A DNA stretch of 64,000 nt from contig OX597821.1 in NCBI GenBank assembly GCA_951406725.2, positions 27,714,001 through 27,778,000 of the forward strand, read 5' to 3'. Origin of the DNA: Octopus vulgaris. Lineage: Eukaryota. Shown piece by piece: positions 54,602-64,000 of the stretch (position 1 is the stretch's first letter; each line of letters opens with the position of its first letter). The translations under genes and the position numbers were made by a program. The notes under the pieces were generated by a model. The model saw nothing but the letters and a program-made list of their open reading frames with translations, was not told the DNA's origin and made no database searches.

Positions 54602-54994
54602 GTCGTTGTTACTGTCAGTCTAGTTAGAGCATCAAAATGAAGTCACGTGGCACTTCTCCCTGTATTTTATGCCCTGAATTCCGAAGTATCTTACAGTATC
54701 CATAAGATAGAGAAACATACATGTAGTGATATGGGCGATATTTACTACATTCCTCCCACTTGCTTCGCTCCAAATATTAAATGATCGGGTTGCATACTGT
54801 CAGATATATTCAGGAGACGAATAAAATGCTTAACGGTATTTTTCTCAGCGACAAAAATTGAGAATGGCGGGGTGTTTTTGCCCATCATTCTTGCGGAGTC
54901 AATAAATTAAGTACCAGTAAAGTATAGGTAAGGTATGCAACCAATAATCTCTGCTCCTAAAATTACTGGCCTTGTGTTAATCTTTAATGAGGCC

Positions 54995-55462
54995 GGTGGA
55001 AATGCTACGTCGGTAATGTATAGAGCCCTTGTAGATTGTTAGATGAATTAGATTCTCCGGCAATCTTTGGGTATCAACGATGTTTGTGTCGGAAGATTTA
55101 GGGGCTGGAACAATCAGAAACAACTTTCAGTAATCTTTGGCATACAGTATTACTGGTGTGCAATGCCTGTCTGAGATAACCTCTACAATTATTGACGTGC
55201 CTCCGCATGTGTATATCTGAAATTGACGCGAAAAGCTGTCAATTAGCTGCTCTTACATGTCGGTCGTATCTAACTATCGGCCGAATTTACCGCCCTCTTC
55301 TAACATGGCAGAGCATGCAGTTGTCCTCTGCTAAGTGGCTAAAGCGGAAAAAGGTCTTATGAATATGAAATTCAGAGCCTTGGGGAAAAATATTTTCCTC
55401 TTCGGTCAAGATCTTATCATTTTAAAATTCTCCATGGGAGGGAATATGTGGTGTAGAGAGAC
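54995..55462 (+). mobile_element. Decayed Tx1/L1-clade ORF2 C-terminal fragment
   Basis: Frame-broken NNFQ*SLA..YYWCAMPV*DNLY (zf-RVT-like LPV motif) and KNIFLFGQDLIILKF..CRE; resembles 63446-63590. Confidence 0.55.
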
Positions 55463-55465
55463 ATA

Positions 55466-55531
<66 letters not shown>

Positions 55532-56315
55532 TACTCTCAGTTGCGTATATCATCAGATTAAACTTGAAGCCAAAACACAGTTTTCCGTACGCTGAGGACT
55601 TATTCCAGACTGTGTATAGAATATCTTTGGGTTATTTTTTAACGTCATTATATTTGAAGGAAATTTTATTACCGCTATTCGAAGTACCGTATGTGTGAAA
55701 ATTTGTCCTACATTGTCTTTCTTCTCCATTACTTCAGTAAGCTGGTGATCTGAGTTTAATTCATATTTTGTCATCGTCGTTCTCTTCGCAAACAATTTTA
55801 TATGATTATTGCTTAAATGTTTGAGTACTTCTATGTCATATCGGAGAACATTGATTTATTTGTTGATTTTTATTTATTGCCCCGTTCGATTTTTGCTCTT
55901 TCGATCATATGATCTGTGGTAACAAGACCGATTTGGGACTAAACAGCTTCAAGAAAAATAGGACATATTATAAACCAATGAGAAGTGTTATCGATTAGAA
56001 GGTGAGAAGATTCAAGATCAAATAAATACTTACACGATAACTTGATATCGGAAGACGTTTATTGATCCAAGGCAAAAAATAAAACAGCTCAATCAGTAAA
56101 ATTGATGTACGCTTGACTAAGATTTAGATATTTCGTTATATCTTTACACAACGTAGACATTATCAGAATTCGTTTGTTTAACTCAGTAAGACATGATTTT
56201 GTGATAATATTAGAGCTAACAAATAATATGTCGTTGCACTAACCAGTGTAGTATTAAATATTAAATTATCCAGATATCTCACATTGATTGCAAATGTCAA
56301 GCACTAGACAGTGTA

Positions 56316-56428
56316 TACAGTAATCCCTCGCCATATCGCGGTTCACTTATCGCGCCCTCAGTACATCGCGGATTTTTCTGGCTAAAATCTATATCGCGAA
56401 GTCCTCAGTATATCGCGGGTGACACTTA
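56316..56428 (+). mobile_element. pogo/Tigger-like transposon end or miniature element
   Basis: TA followed by CAGTAATCCCTCGCCATATCGCGGTTCACTTATCGCG, with repeated TATCGCG subterminal motifs. Confidence 0.6.
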
Positions 56429-56721
56429 ATTCATATGGCAAGAAGAAAATGGAGGGAATCCAGAGGTAGTATTCAATAGCTGTTAGGCATTATATTATGT
56501 CTATTTATTTATGTTAAACACTTCAGATAATATATAAATACATGTTTAAAATATTAGTAATTTCTAGAATAGAGAAAGGGGAGCCGTGCCCTTGCAGCAG
56601 TTTCAGCCATGAGCTCGCATCTTTTTAGTGTATTGTAGTAATTTGTAAATAAAATTAGGTTACTTGATTTTAGCTCTAAGTTTCGTCAGAGAGTTTTATA
56701 AAACATATATACAGAAAGAGA

Positions 56722-56890
56722 GAGAAAGACTCCGTTCTTGAATGAGTATGGGATTGCTCTTAGGATGTTACGCTCCAAGGCAGAAAGGCGGACAAAGGTT
56801 GCTTATGGAATATCAGCGGTCGACCATGCATAAGAGTCTTTCCTCTCCACGATACCGATGTTGTCCAAGGGAAAAGCAAAGGCCAATTAC
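56722..56890 (-). mobile_element. SINE family D 3' part
   Basis: Homologous to 59530-59615 and 59897-59995. Confidence 0.65.
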
Positions 56891-57024
56891 AACAAATTCT
56901 TTGATTCTAAGTCGTTGAGTAGTATGGGCAGAACTCATTTATACATTCTCTAGACAGTTCCGAATACAATTTAAATTAATCAAAGATTATCATGAATATT
57001 ACCTTTCATCGTCTTTCCCCTTTT

Positions 57025-57246
57025 TGTTTCTGTCGTCAGACTTCTGACATGCTAGGGCACCTCATTGAAAAAGTTTTAGTCGAATGAATCGACCCAAATC
57101 CTCTTTCAAAATCCTGATACTTATTCCATCGTTCTCTCTTGCCGAAAAGCTGGTTCACGGACTGGTAAGCACATTGACAGCAGTACATTTGTTAAATGGT
57201 GGCGGTAGTGGGTACAGGGGCACACAAATACACATATATACGCACA

Positions 57247-57300
<54 letters not shown>

Positions 57301-57445
57301 ACGGGCATCTTTCAGCTCCCACGTGCTAAATATAATCACAAGGCTATGGTGTGTCCGAGACATTTGCCCATGGTGTCAGGCAGTAAAACTGAACCGAGAA
57401 CGTTATGGTTGGGAAGGAAGCTACTTTCCCTACAAGCACGCCTGC
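57025..57445 (-). mobile_element. SINE family A-related, decayed
   Basis: ttagtcgaatgaatcgaccc..gacgggcatctttcag..gacatttgccca..gctacttt..cacgcctgca. Confidence 0.7.
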
Positions 57446-58405
57446 ATCGAAGGCAACAAAAATAATTTAGACTGTCGTGAACGACTACAACATTGTTCGA
57501 AAGATTCTGAACGGAAACGCAATTTTATTTTAGCATAAGCCAGTCGCATGTTAAATATTGTGTTGTTCGTGGCCGTGAGTGGTTGTGTATGTGTGTTGTC
57601 TAGAAGGTCTCTATGGAGAAAGTTGAACAATCATTCGGCATATTCCATTGAGAATAAACTCACTACATTGCTCTAGTGAAGTAGGAAGATAACCAAAAGC
57701 TAAATTTCATACAGAGAAATCACTGTAGAGAATGCCTGCTGAGTGTATGAGACAAATGAAAATAAACGGTCACAAGATAAATCTTTGAATAGATTCAAGC
57801 GACGCGATTTCTATAGCAACAATGCAAGTATTTAGATATATATGTGAAAGTGGATCACAGAAGCTTAGTTGAGTGCTTTCAGGAAATTGAATATGTGCAA
57901 ATGCGAAGAAAACCAGGCCTGTTATATAGCGTAATCCGTGCTTCTTGAAAGCAAATGGATTTGTTGCAATACAGACATAATTCATTTATCTAGAAATTTC
58001 GTTGCTGGCATTAGAAAACACATATAAACAAGCGATTATGCACAATCCAAAATGTAAACGTTGGGTGAATACAGAAGTGAATAATTAAAGGCAATCTAAG
58101 AGATTCATGCAAATAAATATCACTAACGTTAAGAGTAGACTTCTCTCCAAATTGAAGAGACTGGCAAAGAATGACAATAAGTAGATCTTGTTTCAATTAA
58201 CTTCAGATAATGTCTCCCAGATACAATAGTGCTTTATATAAATCATATCGTCACTGAAGGTTGTTTCCATTAATAAAAACCTTACAGTGATTTACATACA
58301 TATATACACACACACATACATACATACATTCATAAATACATACATGCATACATACACACACACATACATGCATACGTACGTACATACATACGTACATACA
58401 TACAT

Positions 58406-58454
<49 letters not shown>

Positions 58455-58471
<17 letters not shown>

Positions 58472-58640
58472 TTATATATATGTATGTGTGCATATATATA
58501 TAAATTTATATATATGTATGTGTGCATATATATATATATATTCATGTATATATGTACATATATATATATAAATTTATATATATGTATGTGTGCATATATA
58601 TATAAATTTATATATATGTATGTGTGCATATATATATATA
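58455..58640. repeat. Minisatellite with a unit of about 36 bp (ATATATATAAATTTATATATATGTATGTGTGC-type), 4 copies in two pairs
   Basis: Direct reading. Confidence 0.85.
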
Positions 58641-59193
58641 ATTATATGTATATGAATAAGTTTTTTTATTATTTTCTTTATATAGCGATTTCTTAAAATC
58701 ACTTATTGACGGTGAGTAATCATGTATTTTGGATGGCATAATATCATCAATGGTGTAAAATTTCCAGACACAATATTGTCTTTTCAATTGTAGTGACATT
58801 GTTCTTTACATCGTATATGTTGCTTCGGCAAGAGCTTTTGTACTAAAATAACATAATGATTCTTCATCTCTGTAATTGTTTCTCGAGTTGTTTTCTTCTC
58901 TTTAATTTTCATAATATTGTCTGAGATACAATTGAAAAGTTGTTAAGGACATGTTATGCTGATACAATAATAATGTCTTAAATGTATCTCATAAAGAGTT
59001 TGTATTCTTGGCATATATATGTTTGCATTAGTTAATGATAGATTATTCCGATCATTACTTCACGCAATTACACACATTAACACAGCCACACACGAATTGA
59101 CATATCTACGCACACACACACACGCACACACATGTATATATATATATATATATATATTATATGAATATATATATATATATATATGAATATATA

Positions 59194-59269
<76 letters not shown>

Positions 59270-59527
59270 CATATATATGTATATAAATATATATATATAC
59301 GCTCATTTTTACGAAAAAATGTTCAGAGATGTCAATTAATGTAAAGGTGGTTGTTTGACTACCAACTTTCCTGGAAAGAATAGAATTATATATATTATAT
59401 ATTAAACATTCTTGAGTAGGTTGTAGAATAGAACAATTCTAGATTTAGTGGTACTGGAGTTTGTAGTGCTTGTGTAATTTGCGATGCTGGTTGTGAAATA
59501 TGTAAAGACACTATTTGTTCATTAATA

Positions 59528-59728
59528 ACCATGGGAAAGACCAGTAGTTGCCCATGCACACCGGCCTCCACTCCCGATTTCACAGATGTTATCCAAGGGA
59601 AAGGCAAAGGCCGATACAACTTAGCATCAGTGACGTTACAACTCATTTGTACAGCTGAGGTATCTGGAACAACGTAAAATAAAGTGTCTTGCTCGAGATC
59701 ACATCACACAGCCCGGTCCCAGAATCGG
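59528..59728 (-). mobile_element. SINE family D (CORE-like) fragment
   Basis: Reverse strand gagcaagacactttatttt; shares tccaagggaaa.gcaaaggcc with 56864 and 59948. Confidence 0.7.
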
Positions 59729-59767
59729 ATATATATATATATATATATAAATATGTATGTATGTATG

Positions 59768-59809
<42 letters not shown>

Positions 59810-59810
59810 C

Positions 59811-59841
<31 letters not shown>

Positions 59842-59896
59842 TGTATGTATATATATATATATATATATAAAGAGAGAGAGAGAGAGAGAGAGAGAG

Positions 59897-59995
59897 GGAA
59901 AGACTCCGTTCTTGAATGAGCATTGGATTGCACTTAGGATGTTAACCTCCAAGGGAAAAGCAAAGGCCAATATAGCTTGGCACCACTGACATCGA
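59897..59995 (-). mobile_element. SINE family D 3' fragment with an internal deletion
   Basis: Homologous to 56724-56890. Confidence 0.65.
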
Positions 59996-60409
59996 AGTCA
60001 AATGCTTTTAAAATAAATCCAGAGAGAAAACAATACACGATTAAAGCGTGAACAGGTTGCAAAAATGGGTGAATTGCATAAGGGTATCGTAGATCAGAAA
60101 CAGTAATTTCATACAAAAATTGACAAATTTATGCCCGAAAAAACGTCGCGAATTACATTTATAGTGAATTAGTTGTAAAAATAACTTTGCCGAAATGTTC
60201 AAGGTAAAAGAGCTTTTTTAGCCTGACGTATTGTACACAAGTGCTTATAATTTAATTCGCTTTCTAGTTACATCGTTAAAAAAGGGTGCATTTAGACATT
60301 TCGCGATAACACAAGGACATTATTTGTTTCTTTCATTATTCATATATGGAGCATCTAAATTTTATTGATATTAGTACGAACAATGCTGGGGTTACAGAAT
60401 TTAATAAAA

Positions 60410-61240
60410 ATATATAGGTTTTGTTCCGAGTAGCCCAAAACTTAGTTCGCGAAAACTGGAACAAATAGCGTTCCCATAGCTGTGCCTTGAGTTTGGAGGT
60501 AGATTGTTTTCCCTTGGGAAGGAATGTATTGTTTTCGAAGATGGGACTGACCACGTCTAGTACAAAGGTTAAAGTGAATCTACTGGGGATCACTTCTCTG
60601 TGTTTCTCGACCCAATATTTTATGACAGTAATTCCCAAATCATATGGAATGTTCGTTTGTAAGTGTGTTACATCAAAACTAACAGTAGAGTGGGTTCTGT
60701 TGGTCTGGGCAGATGTAACAGGAAATCGATGTCATCCTAAATGAAACTGGGTATTTGATTACATAGTGGCTTTAGGATAATGCCAATGACGTTGCTCAGA
60801 TGATGTGTAGGACTAGCTGCACCAGTTATAATGGGTGTTAGTTTACGGTCTTTTGGTTGTAGTAGATTTATGTTCACTACTTTGTTCCTTTATAGAGTTT
60901 TGTATTTCTTTTGACATGCATATTTTAGGTAAGCTATAGAAGTTGCTGGATTTCGACTAAAAATTGTTAATATAGTTCCTTGAATTAGACGTGAGGGAGT
61001 TATAATGTCTTAAGACTAAATAACTGAGTTTCTTCATGATGCAGTGGTCAATATTTCAGGGTATTTCACGGTAAATTGTTGTATCTTTCAAAGGATCTTC
61101 AGCTAGATCCCGGTAATATTCCGTGTCCGTTATAACAGTGGCACACCCCTTATCCGCTCGTTTGATAACAATTGTGTTGTCATTTTTATGACGTATAGGG
61201 GCAGACTTTTCTAGTTTTGAAATGTTTGGTTTGACGTTTA
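60410..61240 (-). mobile_element. Decayed Penelope-like element reverse transcriptase
   Basis: IVIKRADKGCATVITD..YREI; SSNFYSLPKI; IFENNTF; IYLQTQGTAMGTLFVPVFAN*VLGY. Confidence 0.88.
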
Positions 61241-61394
61241 TGTATATATATATATATATATATATAACTGTCGTCCAAATTACATACGAATGGAAGTAAC
61301 ACCGATATCTCATTTTGACAGATATATTTACCAAAAATCCAATTAAATATCTTGAAATACGAAAAAATAAATATATTCAATAACATCGATATTG

Positions 61395-61875
61395 GCTTCA
61401 ACTTCCTGATAACGTCGGAATCGCATTCACCTCTTCTGGACAGCCTCCTTGGTTAAGTTGGTCAGTGTTGCTATAATTTTTGACTTCAGGTTATCCTTGG
61501 TGTTACAAGGTATTTTGTTGGTCTCTCACACATTTGCACCCAACATATAATAATCAAGGAGAATGCTGTCTAGGGAGCTAGGTGGCCAGATGTTTGGCGT
61601 GATATGGTCACGGAAATTGTCTGACAGCTATGATTGGGTTCACTTCCTTGTGCGGCAAGATGCAGATTCCTGTTGTCAAACATAGGGTCTTCCAGCAGCA
61701 ACCCTTTGGACTCAGAGCAGCACTACCTCCTCCAGGCACTTGATGTTGGCCTCCTTGGTGAGTTTGAGGCCCTGTGGGTATCTAAATGATGTCATAACGT
61801 CGCCATCACTAGTGATCACCCCAGACACCATGATGCTGACTGGATGTTTGATTTTTATCACTCTCGGTATATCTC
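61395..61875 (-). mobile_element. Decayed DD37D (maT-type) Tc1/mariner transposase, C-terminal half
   Basis: Reverse strand: KHPVSIMVSGVITSDGDVM..CLEEVVL..AAGRPYV*QQESAS..NIWPPSSLDSILLDYY..CNTKDNLK, with several stops. Confidence 0.85.
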
Positions 61876-62147
61876 AGATTTCATCATGGTGTAGTTTTTC
61901 TCACAAACGGTGCCCAACTGACTCTACTATACTGTTTAGTCGACAAAATCAAAAGAAAACAATAAGCATAAGCAAAGTTAAAAATATAAAATGCTGATAA
62001 TTTATCCATAGCACCCTGACTACACATATGCGCACACACTCACACACACACACACACAATATGACCCAAGTTGTCAGAGAACCTACAATTTTAGAACCAA
62101 GAGCTAAAGAGCTAAAGTGCTCTGTCACTGCAGTCAATGCACATAAT

Positions 62148-62220
<73 letters not shown>

Positions 62221-62221
62221 T

Positions 62222-63252
62222 GACAAAATCAGAGGGTGCAAGGTCAGGAAAGTAGGGGAATGGGGGAGGATTTCATAGCCTACGCCTGTGCTTCTGATCT
62301 GGCGACAAGCGAGTTGTGGACCGGAGCGTTGTCCTGCAGGAGGAGGATGCCTTTGCTGATCTTGCCCCGCCTCTTGATTTTGATATCTTCTCTTAATTTC
62401 CTCAACAGTGAAGCATAATAGGCTCCTGCAATTGTGGTACCCTTTGCCAAGAAATCTGTCATCACTACTCCGTCCTGGTCCCAGAAGACTGTGAGCATGA
62501 CCTTGCCAGCGGAGGGCTGCACCCTTGCCTTCTTTGGAGGAGGTGAGTCACGGTGCTTCCACTGCATTGACTGGGCTTTGGTCTCTGGATCATTGTGATG
62601 GACCCAGGTTTCATCCTGTGTAATCAGTCTTTTGAAAAATTTTGACTCATCTTCTTGGCACATCTCCAAATTCACCCTCGAGCACTCGACGCGTTCTTGC
62701 TACTGGAAAGGCGTGAGCAACCTGGGAATCCATCTGGCAGACACCTTTTGCATATGCAAATGGTCATGAATGATAGTTTCCACAGACCCGGTACTAATCT
62801 TGACCTCATGGGCTATTTGGCGAATAATTATGCGTCGATCTTCCAAAATCGCAGCCTCAACTTGACGGACAGATGCTTCATCAATGGCAGAAGGGGCGAC
62901 CAGATCTGGGAGCTGTTTCCACAGAGTTCCGACCATTTTTGAATTCACGATGCCAGCGTTTTACAAGGTCATATGATGGGGCATCATCACCATAAGTTAC
63001 TTTCATTTCATCAAAAGTTTCCCGTGGTGTGCGTCCTTTCAAATACAAAAACCGGATCACTGTTCGACACTCAACAGGCTTCATTTCACACTTGACTCGG
63101 TTCAAACATCTGTAAATCAGAAACCACAATTAATTCACAGCTGTAATTTGCCACTTACTCTATAGAGATATAAATGTTTGCACATGCAATATTTCAGCTA
63201 GATCAACAACTGCAAGTGGGTCAGAGGTATTACTTATTGAACGTCCCTCGTA
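62222..63252 (-). mobile_element. mariner (DD34D, irritans-like) transposon, 5' TIR intact, 3' end lost at a (TA)n tract
   Basis: TIR TACGAGGGACGTTCAATAAGTAAT; frameshifted ORFs 62881-63129 (HTH, PRSGRP), 62700-62948 (ARWIPRLL), 62280-62675 (TQDETWV..LLQDNAPVH). Confidence 0.95.
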
Positions 63253-63364
63253 AGCTGTTATCTCTAACATTGTAGGTGCTCTAACACATCACATTTAATG
63301 ACAGTTATATTTTCCTTTTTGGTGATACGTTACTAAACAACTGCCTATTATATTAATAATGATT

Positions 63365-63422
<58 letters not shown>

Positions 63423-63423
63423 T

Positions 63424-64000
63424 GCGCATGCGTGGCTGTGTGGTATCCGGCCAGGGGCTGGTTAACTTTTTTAGTTAATACCATGGTAGTAAGATCAGTC
63501 TGGAGAAGAGGTGTTTGTCACGAGATATGTTTGTGAAAATTTGGAAGCCTGTAGCTTGCAAGCTGGGTATATTTGGCACGAGGTAAGTGTGGCCGGATTA
63601 AGAAGTAAAGGTTCTGCCCAGATGGCTGGGCTCCTTGCTCTACTATGTGATATTAAATTTGTAAACGTTATATTGTAAATACTGTACCCATTTTATTGTA
63701 AATACTAAAACGTTTTAAGCTACTACACCCTATATGTTTGTCTGTCATTGTATCTCCCCTCTATGTAACGCCTTAATGGCAAATTTTCATGAAATAAAGT
63801 AGCTTACTTCCAAGCCACATGGCTCTGGCACCTTGGGCAAATGTCTACTATAGCCTCGGGCCGACCAAAGCCTTTTTGCGAACGGATTTGGTAGAAAGAA
63901 ACTGAAAGAATCCCGCCGTATATAAATGTATATATTTATGTGTGTTTCATTGTGTCTGTGTTTGTCCCTCACCGCATCGTTTGCCAACAGTTGTTGGTGT
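63424..64000 (+). mobile_element. SINE family A split by an insertion (head 63424-63445, body 63798-64000)
   Basis: gcgcatgcgtggctgtgtggta | insert | agtagcttac..ggcaccttgggcaaatgtctactatagcctcgggccgacc. Confidence 0.85.
63446..63797 (+). mobile_element. 5'-truncated Tx1/L1-like LINE 3' end
   Basis: SGQGLVNFFS*..KISLEKRCLSRDMFVKIW..* followed by a 3' UTR ending in AATAAA. Confidence 0.6.

Noticed and set aside
50250-54602. Repeat-spacer pattern suggestive of a CRISPR-like array
   Set aside because: The units are variable-length retrotransposon 3' ends separated by microsatellites in eukaryotic DNA
55553-55795. KNNPKIFY resembles a CR1 linker motif
   Set aside because: A single short motif is too weak to call
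57850-57950. FQEIEYVQMRRKPGLLY resembles the pre-M1 segment of Cys-loop or chemotactile receptors
   Set aside because: A stop follows at once, with no transmembrane segment downstream and no Cys-loop upstream

Overview
AT-rich, microsatellite-dense, non-genic eukaryotic DNA. The SINE families match those I recall from Octopus genomes, so the cephalopod assignment is an inference. I could not support any host exon; the longer ORFs come from transposons or microsatellites. The window contains: (1) about ten 5'-truncated R4/Dong-type RLE retrotransposon pieces sitting in (TAA)n tracts, including a head-to-tail array at 49.7-54.6 kb; (2) CR1/L2-, Tx1/L1- and Penelope-type retroelement fragments; (3) mariner DD34D, maT DD37D and pogo-like DNA transposon relics; (4) at least four tRNA-derived SINE families. 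The most interesting signal is a set of short Penelope-type pLTR-like units embedded in (TA)n tracts that carry minimal hammerhead ribozyme motifs, with about 9 loci from several unrelated sequence families. Four long near-perfect palindromes belong to this set. In two of them the fold-back apex sits exactly at the 5' edge of a hammerhead, so each strand encodes one, and one of these shows the compensated U3-A8 core variant. Penelope-associated hammerheads are known; the apex geometry and the local density and diversity are what merit follow-up. All alignments and folds were done by eye, and coordinates are approximate to a few bases.
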